Shown: positions 54,142 to 64,000 of the stretch, piece after piece
Position numbering within the stretch: position 1 is the first letter of the stretch
Layout of the letters: each line of letters opens with the position of its first letter
Assembly (NCBI GenBank): GCA_045806005.1
Contig: JBJMKE010000013.1
Location: 45,685 to 109,684 of the forward strand
Direction: 5' to 3'
Length of the DNA: 64,000 nt
From: Gaiellaceae bacterium
Lineage (GTDB): Bacteria > Actinomycetota > Thermoleophilia > Gaiellales > Gaiellaceae
The notes under the pieces: model-generated
Database searches by the model: none
Seen by the model: the letters and a program-made list of their open reading frames with translations, nothing else
What the model was told of the DNA's origin: nothing
Translations under genes and position numbers: made by a program

Positions 54142-54169
54142 CGAGGGCCGGGATCGCTCCCGGCCCTCG
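54142..54169. terminator. Bidirectional stem-loop between the convergent GGDEF/HD-GYP and sigma-factor genes
   Basis: CGAGGGCCGGGA-tcgc-TCCCGGCCCTCG forms a 12-bp stem. Confidence 0.5.
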
Positions 54170-54194
54170 ATGGTGTCTCTCAGACCCCTCTAGC

Positions 54195-55259
54195 TTAGGC
54201 GGCGAAGACGAGCTCGTCGCCGAGTGCGAGCTGCAGCCGCGCGAGGGCGTCGCTCTCGAGCTGGCGGACGCGCTCCCGCGTCAGGCCGAGCTCCTTGCCG
54301 ATCGTCTCGAGGGACGCCGGCTCGGACTCGAAGCCGAAGCGGAGCTCGATGATCCGCCGCTGCCGCTCGGGGAGGTCGGCGACCGCGCGCTGGACGCGCT
54401 GCCGGCGCACCGACTCGACTGCCTCCTCGGCGGGGTCGGCCGAGGACTCGTCGGCGAACAGGTCGCCGAGCTCCGAGTCGCCGTCCGAGCCGAGGCCCTG
54501 GTTCAGGGAGACGGAGTCGACCGCGTCGAGTGCCTCCACGACGTGCTCGAGCTTGAGCCGCGTCGCCTGGGCGAGCTCCTCGGCGGTGGCCTCGCGGCCC
54601 AGCTTCGCCTGGAGCTCCGCGGACGCGCGGTTCAGCTTGATGCGGCGCTCCTGGACGTGCACCGGGATGCGGATCGTCTTCGACTGGTTCGCGACCGCGC
54701 GCTGGCAGGCCTGGCGAATCCACCAGGTGGCATAGGTCGAGAACTTGTAGCCCTTGCGCCAGTCGAACTTCTCGGCTGCGCGGTTGAGGCCGATCACGCC
54801 CTCCTGGATCAGGTCGAGCAGAGGCACGTCGTGGCCCTGGTAGCGCTTCGCGATCGAGACGACGAGGCGGAGGTTGGAGTTGATCATCTTCTCCTTCGCC
54901 GCGAGGTCGCCGCGCTCGATGCGCTTCGCGAGCGCAACCTCGTCCGCGGCCGTGAGCAGCTTGTGGCGGCCCGCCGCGTCCATGAAGAGTTGCAGCGGGT
55001 CGAGCGTGCCGGTGACCGGCGCGGCTGCGACCGGGCGCTTCTCCTCGGGGGTGTCGTCGCGCACGATGACGTCGCGCTCCTCGAGCGCGACACGAAGGCC
55101 GGCGAGGTCGTCCTCGGTCAGCTCGTGCTCGTCCGCCAGAGCCTGGATGTCCTTCTCCTCGACGAAACCGCGCTCGGCGGCCTCCTCGAGCAGGCGCTCG
55201 ACAGGGGAGAGATCGTGCAGGTGAATGGTGTCGCTCAGTGTGTTGTTCCTTTCGCTCAT
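54195..55259 (-). CDS. RNA polymerase sigma factor, RpoD/SigA family (group 1 or 2)
   Basis: Starts at MSERNNTL, the ATG at 55259. Region 2 reads DLIQEGVIGLNRAAEKFDWRKGYKFSTYATWWIRQA. Region 3 has TIRIPVH. Region 4 reads LETIGKELGLTRERVRQLE. 354 aa. Confidence 0.9.
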   Translation of the reverse strand: MSERNNTLSDTIHLHDLSPVERLLEEAAERGFVEEKDIQALADEHELTEDDLAGLRVALEERDVIVRDDTPEEKRPVAAAPVTGTLDPLQLFMDAAGRHKLLTAADEVALAKRIERGDLAAKEKMINSNLRLVVSIAKRYQGHDVPLLDLIQEGVIGLNRAAEKFDWRKGYKFSTYATWWIRQACQRAVANQSKTIRIPVHVQERRIKLNRASAELQAKLGREATAEELAQATRLKLEHVVEALDAVDSVSLNQGLGSDGDSELGDLFADESSADPAEEAVESVRRQRVQRAVADLPERQRRIIELRFGFESEPASLETIGKELGLTRERVRQLESDALARLQLALGDELVFAA

Positions 55260-55424
55260 GGCGGGCTGCCGGATCTCGGCGCCGCGGGCGGCGTTGAAAC
55301 GGCTTCCCGTGCGGCGCCGCCACCCAGACGAGTTATAGAACGGCGTTGCACCGAAGTCCATTCCCAAACGTGGGTATTTTTCTATTTCCGTACAAAGTCT
55401 CATTCCCTACTTACGCAGGGAAAT
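55260..55424 (-). promoter_or_regulatory. AT-richer upstream/leader region of the sigma-factor gene
   Basis: This is the lowest-GC stretch in the window by eye (GTATTTTTCTATTTCCGTACAAAG...). On the minus strand a possible -10, TATAAC, sits with a weak -35-like TGGACT. The promoter hexamers are not secure. Confidence 0.3.
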
Positions 55425-55847
55425 TCACCTCTCGACGGTACGGCCGGATACCTCACCGAGGGTGATGCGGAGGACGACGACCCCGGGGCCGAGCCGCCGC
55501 GGCTCTGCCGCGCGGCCCGCGGTGCGGGCGAAACGCCGCCGCAGGAGGGCCAGCGCAGGCTCGACGGCGTCGCCCTCGAGCTCCTCGTACGTGCCGTAGG
55601 CGATCACGCTCCGCCAGCTCCCTCGGCCGTCCGTGTCGTACTCGTCCACCTCGACGCAGACGTGCGGGTTCTCGCGCAGCATCGCGGTCTTGCGGCCCTC
55701 GGTCGTAACCGCGACGACGGCGTCCTCGTCGTACGCGTAGATCAGCGGCACGACGTAGGTCACGCCGCCCGCGTGGCAGCCCAGGCGGGCGATCCGCTGT
55801 CCGCGGAGGAATTCGTCGATCTCGGCGCGCGAAAGCTCGCGCGGCAT
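55425..55847 (-). CDS. Pyridoxamine 5'-phosphate oxidase-family (FMN/F420-binding split-barrel) protein
   Basis: Starts at MPRELSRAEIDEFLRGQRIARLG, the ATG at 55847. The segment MLRENPHVCVEVDE is present. 140 aa. Confidence 0.75.
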   Translation of the reverse strand: MPRELSRAEIDEFLRGQRIARLGCHAGGVTYVVPLIYAYDEDAVVAVTTEGRKTAMLRENPHVCVEVDEYDTDGRGSWRSVIAYGTYEELEGDAVEPALALLRRRFARTAGRAAEPRRLGPGVVVLRITLGEVSGRTVER

Positions 55848-55908
55848 CCCTCTGCCCCCGGCGGGACCGGCCATCGACGTGAGCGTAGGCCATACTGGAG
55901 CCGTCGTG

Positions 55909-57450
55909 ATGCGAGTGTGGGTCTTGACGGCGTTCGCCGTTGCTCTCCTTGCGGCGGGCACGGCGGGCGCCGCCCTGCTCGCGTGGCCGGCCGGGGCGCT
56001 GGCCGGCTCGTCGAGCGGGCTGGCGGACATCTCGCTTCCCGGCTTCGCCGGCCGGGTCGAGAGCGTCCAGGTGGTGGATTCCTCGGGGAAGGTGGTGCCG
56101 ATCAAGCTCCGCGACGGAACGATCGTGCCCCAGGCCCGGATCGCGCCGGGAGAACGGCTGACGGTGCGGGCGAGCATCCGGCGGCCCGGCTGGATCGGCT
56201 GGCTCGTCGGCCATGATGTCGAGCGCACGCGGACGGTCGTCGCACCCGCGGCGCGCCTCCGCTCCACCCTGCTCAGTCCGAAGAGCGGCAGCGTCGTGAC
56301 GGTCCGGTTCGCCGAGCCGGTGAGCCGGGTGGCGATCGGCCGGGTCGGCAAGCGGATCTGGGGCGGCGCGACCGCCGTTCCGCTCGGCGTCGTCGCCTCG
56401 GGAGAGCGGAGCGCCGGGACGACCACCGTGGCGGCCGCGCCTCGCCCGTGGGAGAAGCTCCCCGCTCCGGTGCGGGTCTCCTGGTTCGTTGCCGGCGGGC
56501 CGACGAGGGTCGTCTCCGAGCCCGCCTCGGGCCGCAGGCTCCTGCCGTTCGGCACGTTGACGCTGACCTTCGCCAAGCCGGTCGGCGACGTGCTCGGCTC
56601 GCGTCTGCCGCAGCTCGTGCCGGCCGCGCGTGGTCACTGGCAGCAGGTCGACTCGCACACGCTCACGTTCCGCCCCGCGGGCTTCGGCTTCGGTCTCGGC
56701 GGCATCCAGCACGTCCGGCTTCCCGGCCAGGTGCTCGGCTGGAAGGTCCCGGCGGGATCGACGCTGCGTCTCCAGCAGCTCCTCGCCCGCGCGGGCTATC
56801 TCCCGGTGGGCTGGATCCCGCACGGTGGCGCGACGCCCTCGACGCCCGCCGCCGAGGCGGCCGCAGCGGTCTCTCCGCCGCCCGGCAGCTTCTCGTGGCG
56901 CTACGGGCAGGTGCCGGTCTCGTTGCGGACGCTCTGGAGGCCCGGCCGCTGGAACGTCGTCACCCAGGGAGCCGTCATGCGCTTCGAAAACGTGCACGGG
57001 ATGGCTACCGACGGCGTCGCGGGCCCGGCGGTCTGGCGCGCGCTCCTCCGCGACGACCTCACCGGCCGGAAGTACCAGCGCGCCTACAGCTACGTGTTCG
57101 TCCACGAGACGGTGCCGCAGTCGCTCAGCCTCTGGGTCGCCGGCCGCGTGATCCTCACCTCGCCGGGCAACACCGGCATCGCGCAGTCGCCGACCGCCCC
57201 GGGGACCTGGCCCGTCTTCGAGCACATCCCGGTCGGGACGATGAGCGGCACGAACCCGGACGGCTCGCACTACCACGATCCCGGCATCCGCTGGATCAGC
57301 TACTTCCACGGCGGCGACGCGCTCCACGAGTTCCCACGCGCCTCGTTCGGGACTCCGCAGAGCCTCGGCTGCGTCGAGCTGCCGGAGGCCGCAGCGGCGG
57401 AGGTCTGGCCCTACACGCCGATCGGGACGCTCGTCACGATCGAGTCCTGA
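55909..57450 (+). CDS. L,D-transpeptidase (YkuD) with a peptidoglycan-binding domain
   Basis: The ATG at 55909 gives a TM/signal start, MRVWVLTAFAVALLAAG; the track ORF starts at a GTG at 55879. PG_binding_1 reads FENVHGMATDGVAGPAVWRAL. The YkuD catalytic motif is HGG..LHEFP...SLGCVEL. Confidence 0.85.
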   Translation: MRVWVLTAFAVALLAAGTAGAALLAWPAGALAGSSSGLADISLPGFAGRVESVQVVDSSGKVVPIKLRDGTIVPQARIAPGERLTVRASIRRPGWIGWLVGHDVERTRTVVAPAARLRSTLLSPKSGSVVTVRFAEPVSRVAIGRVGKRIWGGATAVPLGVVASGERSAGTTTVAAAPRPWEKLPAPVRVSWFVAGGPTRVVSEPASGRRLLPFGTLTLTFAKPVGDVLGSRLPQLVPAARGHWQQVDSHTLTFRPAGFGFGLGGIQHVRLPGQVLGWKVPAGSTLRLQQLLARAGYLPVGWIPHGGATPSTPAAEAAAAVSPPPGSFSWRYGQVPVSLRTLWRPGRWNVVTQGAVMRFENVHGMATDGVAGPAVWRALLRDDLTGRKYQRAYSYVFVHETVPQSLSLWVAGRVILTSPGNTGIAQSPTAPGTWPVFEHIPVGTMSGTNPDGSHYHDPGIRWISYFHGGDALHEFPRASFGTPQSLGCVELPEAAAAEVWPYTPIGTLVTIES

Positions 57451-57474
57451 CGGGGGCTAAACTGCTGGCTCCCC

Positions 57475-57547
57475 GCCGACGTAGCTCAGCTGGTAGAGCA
57501 CATCACTCGTAATGATGGGGTCGGGAGTTCGAGTCTCCCCGTCGGCT
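57475..57547 (+). tRNA. tRNA-Thr (anticodon CGU)
   Basis: Hand-folded cloverleaf of 73 nt with no encoded CCA. The acceptor stem is GCCGACG/CGTCGGC. The D arm is GCTC-AGCTGGTA-GAGC. The anticodon arm is CATCA-CTCGTAA-TGATG. The T arm is GGGAG-TTCGAGT-CTCCC. Confidence 0.9.
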
Positions 57548-57628
57548 CTACGTTCGCGGCGGCCGCCTAGACCTGATCGATCTTTCTGCCCGACGTCGGT
57601 TACGGCAGCCGGAGCCGCTGCGGTCCGC

Positions 57629-58951
<1,323 letters not shown>

Positions 58952-58997
58952 CGAAGAAAGCGAAGGAGTCCTGCATCCCCCGGTGGAATGACATTTG

Positions 58998-59681
58998 ATG
59001 GCCGCTTCCCGGATCCTCGTCGTCGACGACGACGCCGACATCCGCGGGCTCCTGCGCGCGCTGCTGGAACGCGCCGGACACGAGGTCTCCGAGGCCTCGG
59101 ACGGACGCGCCGGCCTGCGCGAGCTCTACGCCGGCTCGCCCGACCTGATCATCCTCGACGTCACGATGCCGGGCCTCGACGGCTGGGCGACCCTCGAGCG
59201 GATCCGGGAAGTGACGGACGTCCCGGTGCTGATGCTGACGGCACACGACGCCGAGCTGGAACGCGTCCGTGGGCTCAAGGGCGGAGCCGACGACTACGTG
59301 GTCAAGCCGTTCGGCCGTCAGGAGCTCGTGGCGCGCGTCGAGGTGCTCCTGCGGCGCCCGCGGAGCGGCGGCGCGGAGGAGACGTACGCCGACTCCCGGC
59401 TCAGCATCTCGTTCGCGCAGCGCGCCGTCCGCTACGACGACCGCGAGGTCGTCCTGACCCCGCTCGAATACCGGCTCCTGTCCGCCTTCGTGCGGCACCC
59501 GAACCAGGTGTTGAGCCACGACCAGCTCCGCGAGCTCGTCTGGGGGGACAGCCTCGACACCTCACGCGACGAGGTGAAGCTCTACGTGGGTTACCTGCGT
59601 CGAAAGCTCGCTCCGGACGCCCCAGGAGGTACCCCGATCGAGACCGTGCGCGGCTTCGGGTACCGCTACCGGCCGGCATAG
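58998..59681 (+). CDS. OmpR/PhoB-family response regulator
   Basis: Motifs are ILVVDDD, LIILDVTMPGLDG and TVRGFGYRY. It is divergent from the kinase, with a gap of about 46 nt. Confidence 0.9.
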   Translation: MAASRILVVDDDADIRGLLRALLERAGHEVSEASDGRAGLRELYAGSPDLIILDVTMPGLDGWATLERIREVTDVPVLMLTAHDAELERVRGLKGGADDYVVKPFGRQELVARVEVLLRRPRSGGAEETYADSRLSISFAQRAVRYDDREVVLTPLEYRLLSAFVRHPNQVLSHDQLRELVWGDSLDTSRDEVKLYVGYLRRKLAPDAPGGTPIETVRGFGYRYRPA

Positions 59682-59792
59682 AAAGCGAGTTTGCGGCCCA
59701 CCGCCCGCTTCCGGCCGCATTCATCCCGGTTTCCTACCGGGGCTGTCGATCCACGCGCTGCCACGCACCACTCCTACGAAAGGACCTGGAAC

Positions 59793-60191
59793 ATGCTCAG
59801 TCTTCGGCAGCGTCTGCAGCACGACGAGGGATTCACCCTGATCGAGCTTCTCGTCGTCCTGATCATCATCGGCATCCTGCTCTCGATTGCCGTTCCGTCA
59901 TACCTCGGCTTCCGGGACAAGGCCCAGAAGACGGCCGCCGCGGCCGACGTCCGCGAGGCCATGCCCTCCGCCGAGGCGTTCTTCTCGGATCAGGTCCCGA
60001 ACAACACCTATACCGGTCTGAGCGTGCCGAACCTGCAGACCTACGACTCCGGCCTCAGCTCGGCCATCAACGTGGCCAAGGCCGAGACCGGCGGCACTAC
60101 CTACTGCATCCACGCCGTCGTGGGAAGTCACTCGGCCATCGTCAACGGGCCTGGTGGCACCGTCCAGACGGACGCCGGCAACTGCGCGTAG
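59793..60191 (+). CDS. Type IV pilin / pseudopilin (prepilin-type N-terminal cleavage/methylation domain)
   Basis: The ATG at 59793 follows the RBS GAAAGGA. The leader is MLSLRQRLQHDEG, followed by FTLIELLVVLIIIGILLSIAVPSY. 132 aa. Confidence 0.85.
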   Translation: MLSLRQRLQHDEGFTLIELLVVLIIIGILLSIAVPSYLGFRDKAQKTAAAADVREAMPSAEAFFSDQVPNNTYTGLSVPNLQTYDSGLSSAINVAKAETGGTTYCIHAVVGSHSAIVNGPGGTVQTDAGNCA

Positions 60192-60217
60192 TCGGCCGAC
60201 CGACACAGCAGGCTTCG

Positions 60218-60252
60218 CGAGAGGGCGTGGAGGACGGGACCGCGCCCTCTCG
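60218..60252. terminator. Stem-loop between the convergent pilin and zinc-ribbon membrane protein genes
   Basis: CGAGAGGGCG-(15 nt)-CGCCCTCTCG forms a 10-bp stem. Confidence 0.4.
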
Positions 60253-60258
60253 GCGCAG

Positions 60259-60846
60259 CTAGGCGTCGGCGGCGCGCGTCTCGGGCTGCGGCACGAGCGG
60301 GAGGTCGTCGACCAGGGCGATGGTCTGCGCCTCCGACGTCAGCGCCGCGTCGAGATCCTCGGCCGGCAGCCCGATCGGCGACGTGCAGTAGGGGCAGATC
60401 TGCCAGAGCGGCTCCAGCGGCGCATTGCAGCTCGCGCAGGGCTCGCGGAGCATGGTGGTGCACACGGGGCACGCGAGGTATTCGGGCTCGACCGCGGAGC
60501 TGCAGACCGGACAGGTCGGCCGCGACCGGGTGAGCTGCTGCTCGAGCGCGTGGAGCTCGGCACGCCGGCAGCGCGCGTCCTCGAGGGTGTCCGACGGCCG
60601 GAAGAGCAGGTAGACGATCGGCCCGACGTACGGCGGCACCAGCCCGACCAGCGTCGAGACGAAGACGAGAAACGGGTCGGCTAGCCGACGGCGGGCGTCC
60701 TTGTAGACCCAGAACCCGAGCGCGAGCCAGAAGACGACCGCGAAGACCACGGCGAGGTTGCGGGCGATGACGAAGCCCGTCGAATGGAAGAAGTCGTGCA
60801 GGCTCGGGAACGTCGAGGTGCTGAACACAAGGGGAAGTGCGTTCAC
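60259..60846 (-). CDS. Membrane protein with a PLDc_N-like 2-TM domain and a C-terminal double zinc ribbon
   Basis: The TM pair is LAVVFAVVFWLALGFWVYKDARRR...LVGLVPPYVGPIVYLLF. Four CxxC pairs follow: CPVC, CPVC, CASC and CPYC. The GTG start at 60846 is chosen to avoid overlap with the divergent PBP gene. Confidence 0.55.
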   Translation of the reverse strand: MNALPLVFSTSTFPSLHDFFHSTGFVIARNLAVVFAVVFWLALGFWVYKDARRRLADPFLVFVSTLVGLVPPYVGPIVYLLFRPSDTLEDARCRRAELHALEQQLTRSRPTCPVCSSAVEPEYLACPVCTTMLREPCASCNAPLEPLWQICPYCTSPIGLPAEDLDAALTSEAQTIALVDDLPLVPQPETRAADA

Positions 60847-60988
60847 GGCGGAAAAGATCCCCGAGCCGGCGGCCGACAAACGTAAAGTCGTTGCGGTGGC
60901 CGAGCGCCGCACCGAGCGGCTCGTGCGGCGGCAGTGGCGGCTCGATAGGCCCGCCTGGGCTGTTTCCTGATCCGCCGTTTGCAGCACA

Positions 60989-63067
60989 ATGGCGAAAGCA
61001 GTGGAAGGCAATCATGGTCGTCACGGGAGAGGACCGCAGCGCCGGCAGCCGTCGGGCGTGGACCGGGACCTCGAGCGGCTGCTTCTCGCGCGGCACGCGC
61101 GGCTGCGTCGCCGCCAGCGCAAGCGGCGCGGGATCGTGCTCTTCCTCGCGCTTCTCCTCGCGGCGGTCATCGCGCTCACGCTTGCGACCGTCGCCTTCAC
61201 CGGGCGGCAGATCCTGCTCACGACGTGCAGCCTGTCCGACCTCCGCCCGCTCTCGCTCGGCGAGAACTCCTTCCTCTACACGAACAACATGCGCCTACTC
61301 GGCGTCGTGCCGTCGGCGACCAACCGCCAGCCGCTGCCGCTCAGGCGGATGTCGCCGTGGCTGCCGCAGGCGACGGTTGCGATCGAGGACGCGCGCTTCT
61401 GGCAACACGGCGCGCTCGACTACCAGGGCATTGCGCGCGCCTTCTACCAGAACCTCTCGAACGGCCACATCGTGCAGGGCGGCTCGACCATCACCCAGGA
61501 GCTCGTCCGCAACCTCTACATCGGCCACCCGCAGCGGACCCTGTCGCGCAAGGTCAGGGAGGCCTGCCTCGCGGAGAAGTTCTTCGACAGCCATGCCCGG
61601 AAGCAGATCCTGGGGGACTACCTCAACCAGGTCTTCTACGGGCGGCACGCGTACGGGGCGCAGGCGGCCGCGCAGACGTACTTCTCGAAGAACGCCGCGG
61701 ATCTGACGCTCGTCCAGGCGGCGCTGCTCGCCGGCCTGCCGCAGGCTCCGTCCGTCGACGACCCGATCGCCAACCCGCACGCTGCCCTCTCTCGCCGCAA
61801 CGAGGTGCTGCAGGCGATGTGGAAGAACGGCTACATCACGGCGGCGAAGCTCCGCATGGCGAAACGGAAGAGCCTCCAGCTCCACCCGGGCCGTCTCTAC
61901 TCGCAGTTGCATCAGCCGAACTTCTTCGGCTGGGCGACGCAGGAGCTCACCAAGCTGCCGCACTACGGGCAGCGGCAGGTGGAGCTCGGCGGCCTCAAGG
62001 TCAAGACGACGCTCGACACGCGCCTGCAGGGGCTCGCCCTGCACGCGGTCACGTCCGTCCTCCATACGCCGACCGACCCCGCTGCGGCGCTCGTCTCGAT
62101 CGACCCGAGCAACGGCGCGGTGAAGGCCATGGTCGCCTACCTCCCGAGCGGACGCAGGATGCAGTTCAACCTCGCGACGCAGTCGCATCGCTCGACCGGC
62201 AGCTCCTTCAAGCCGATCACGCTCGCGACGGCGCTCCTCGCGGGCGACTCGCTCTACTCGACCTTCTACGGCCCGCCCGAGCTCTTCATCACCGATCCGC
62301 AGTGCGCGACGCGCAACGGCCCGTGGGACGTCCACAACTACGCCGACGAGGCGGCCGGGACGATGAACCTCCTCGACGCGACCGCGAACTCGGTGAACAC
62401 GATCTTCGCGCAGCTGATCGCCAAGGTCGGCGTGCGGAATGTCCAGGCGGTGGCGCACCATCTCGGGATCACGAGCAAGGGGAACGACTTCAAGGCCGTG
62501 TGCGCGATGACGCTCGGCTCGGTCGGGTTCACGCCGCTCGAGATGACCGACGTCTATGCGACCTTCGCCTCGGGCGGCATCCACCACACGCCGCAGGCGT
62601 TCGAGAGCGTGCGCGGGCCGAACGGGAAGGAGATCGAGTCGATCCGCAGCAACAAGGGACAGCGGGTCCTCGGCCCCAACGTCGCGGCCGAGCTCACCTA
62701 TGCCCTCCGGGGCGTGATCGAGCACGGCACCGGCACCGCGGCGGCCATCGCACGGCCTGCGGCGGGCAAGACCGGCACGGCGAACGACTTCCAGGACGCC
62801 TGGTTCTGCGGCTACGTGCCGCAGCTCGCCACCTGCGTCTGGGTCGGATACCCGCGAGGGGAGATCCCGCTCTACAACGTCGAGGGCGTGTACCAGGTCG
62901 CCGGCGGGACCCTGCCCGCGGAGATCTGGCACAACTTCATGGGCCCCGCGGTCGCGAACCTGCCGGTCAGGAACTTCCCGACCCCGACGCTCAACGGCAC
63001 CGAGATCAACGGCGACGGCACCTACAGCTACTCCCAGTACTCGTCGCCGTACTCCTCGAGCGGGTGA
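60989..63067 (+). CDS. Class A penicillin-binding protein (GT51 transglycosylase plus transpeptidase)
   Basis: 692 aa. GT51 motifs are EDARFWQHGALD and GGSTITQELVRN. Transpeptidase motifs are STGSSFKP (SxxK), NSVN (SxN) and KTGTA. Confidence 0.9.
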   Translation: MAKAVEGNHGRHGRGPQRRQPSGVDRDLERLLLARHARLRRRQRKRRGIVLFLALLLAAVIALTLATVAFTGRQILLTTCSLSDLRPLSLGENSFLYTNNMRLLGVVPSATNRQPLPLRRMSPWLPQATVAIEDARFWQHGALDYQGIARAFYQNLSNGHIVQGGSTITQELVRNLYIGHPQRTLSRKVREACLAEKFFDSHARKQILGDYLNQVFYGRHAYGAQAAAQTYFSKNAADLTLVQAALLAGLPQAPSVDDPIANPHAALSRRNEVLQAMWKNGYITAAKLRMAKRKSLQLHPGRLYSQLHQPNFFGWATQELTKLPHYGQRQVELGGLKVKTTLDTRLQGLALHAVTSVLHTPTDPAAALVSIDPSNGAVKAMVAYLPSGRRMQFNLATQSHRSTGSSFKPITLATALLAGDSLYSTFYGPPELFITDPQCATRNGPWDVHNYADEAAGTMNLLDATANSVNTIFAQLIAKVGVRNVQAVAHHLGITSKGNDFKAVCAMTLGSVGFTPLEMTDVYATFASGGIHHTPQAFESVRGPNGKEIESIRSNKGQRVLGPNVAAELTYALRGVIEHGTGTAAAIARPAAGKTGTANDFQDAWFCGYVPQLATCVWVGYPRGEIPLYNVEGVYQVAGGTLPAEIWHNFMGPAVANLPVRNFPTPTLNGTEINGDGTYSYSQYSSPYSSSG

Positions 63068-63098
63068 GGTTCTCGGCAGGGCGGGGCATCACCGCCGC

Positions 63099-64000
63099 GT
63101 GGCGTCCTACCCGCTGAACCGCGTCGACGACGTCGTCGGCGAGACCATCGAGCGCGTCATGCGCCTCCACCACGTCCGGCGACTCCGGCGCCGCGGCAGC
63201 GGCGCGGCGATCGATCCCCCCCCCGGCGGCTGGGCGCGGACGGCGTCGTTCGCGCCGCGGGCCGACTGCCGCGTCGAGCTGCTCGTGGACGGCGCCGAGG
63301 CGCTGCCGCGGATCGCGGAGGCGGTTCGCTCGGCGCGCTCGCACGTCCATCTCGCCGGCTGGCACTTCGACCACTCCTTCCGGCTGGAGGAAGGCGGGCC
63401 GTCGCTGCGGGAGCTGCTCGCGGCTGCCGCCGGGCGGGTCGACGTGCGCGTGCTCGCCTGGGCGGGCGCGCCGCTGCCGCTCTTCCACCCGGACCGCGGC
63501 GAGGTACGCGAGGCGTGCCGGGAGCTCGCGCGCGGCACGCCGATCACGATGGCCCTCGATGCGAAGGAGCGGCCGTTCCACTGCCACCACGAGAAGCTCG
63601 TCGTCGTCGACGACGAGGTCGCGTTCGTGGGCGGGATCGACCTGACCTGCCTGGCGGGCAACCGGCTCGACTCATGCGAGCATCCGCCCCGGGACGGCCT
63701 CGGCTGGCACGACACCGTCCTGCGCCTCGAAGGGCCCATCGTCGGCGACGTCGCGCGGCACTTCCTGATGCGCTGGCGGGCGGTCGCCGAAGAAGAGCTG
63801 GGCGAGCCCGAGGCGCCGGGCGCCCCGGGCGGCGTCGAGGCGCAGCTCGTGCGCACGGTGCCCGAGCGGCTGTACGAGCCGTGCCGGGAGGGCGAGTGGT
63901 CGATTCTCGAGAGCTATCTGCGCGCGCTTCGCTCGGCCGAGCGGCTCGTCTACCTCGAGAGCCAGTTCCTCTGGTCGCCGGAGGTGACGTTCGCGCTCGC
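63099..64000 (+). CDS. Phospholipase D / cardiolipin synthase-family protein (partial, runs off the window end)
   Basis: My own translation from the GTG at 63099; the ORF is open to the window end, so it is absent from the track. The first HKD motif is HCHHEKLVVVDDEVAFVGGIDL. Later segments read YLRALRSAERLVYLESQF. Confidence 0.75.
   Translation, partial: MASYPLNRVDDVVGETIERVMRLHHVRRLRRRGSGAAIDPPPGGWARTASFAPRADCRVELLVDGAEALPRIAEAVRSARSHVHLAGWHFDHSFRLEEGGPSLRELLAAAAGRVDVRVLAWAGAPLPLFHPDRGEVREACRELARGTPITMALDAKERPFHCHHEKLVVVDDEVAFVGGIDLTCLAGNRLDSCEHPPRDGLGWHDTVLRLEGPIVGDVARHFLMRWRAVAEEELGEPEAPGAPGGVEAQLVRTVPERLYEPCREGEWSILESYLRALRSAERLVYLESQFLWSPEVTFAL

Overview
Very GC-rich, actinobacterium-like chromosomal segment with strong GC3 bias. 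The taxonomic call is an inference from gene content: F420 biosynthesis, a DosS/DosR-like two-component system (TCS), coproporphyrin-type hemH and LytR_C. I call about 64 protein genes, 1 tRNA and 1 gene remnant. Packing is almost gap-free, with many 4-nt ATGA/GTGA start/stop overlaps.

Many long track ORFs are antisense or out-of-frame shadows typical of high-GC DNA. Several real genes had to be trimmed out of longer fused track ORFs.

Layout:
- 1-27.9 kb: a large cell-surface glycan locus. It holds RmlC-like and SDR sugar-nucleotide enzymes, a Wzm/Wzt ABC exporter, two large CgeB-like paralogous glycosyltransferases, a methyltransferase, AsnB, several GT2/GT4/GT-B transferases and a Wzy-like membrane protein. 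It also holds three tandem secreted clan GH-A hydrolases, a small phosphoglycosyl transferase, an ATP-grasp enzyme, a beta-propeller lipoprotein, a Wzz-like protein and Uxs.
- 27.9-30.1 kb: hemE and hemH run on directly from the glycan operon, followed by a small coupled ORF.
- 30.2-42.9 kb: 2-hydroxyacid dehydrogenase, PolX, an F420 operon (cofC-cofD-Fno-like-GNAT::cofE) and a DosS/DosR-like TCS with pdxH. Then ArsR/AHSA1, an orphan clpP, an aldo-keto reductase (AKR), a VOC protein and a methyltransferase.
- 42.9-47 kb: a trmH/spoU 3' remnant, a secreted amidase, a 325-nt highly structured intergenic region, DUF4242, a zinc-ribbon/cyclase/STAND ATPase and a lipoprotein.
- 47-64 kb: nrdJ, a LytR_C protein, tmk, holB, a GGDEF/HD-GYP protein, an RpoD-family sigma factor and a PNPOx-family protein. 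Then an L,D-transpeptidase, tRNA-Thr(CGU), a divergent HK/RR pair, an orphan type IV pilin, a zinc-ribbon membrane protein, PBP1A and a partial PLD-family gene.

I saw no CRISPR array, transposase, integrase, phage genes or recognisable defence system.

The most noteworthy items are:
- the mixed-logic glycan locus, including an uncharacterised module repeated three times across the two paralogous glycosyltransferases and a triplicated hydrolase;
- the unusual F420 operon architecture;
- a PolX whose polymerase carboxylates look degenerate;
- several unexplained structured or repeated non-coding elements.

All family calls come from reading motifs in the translated ORFs. No database search was run.
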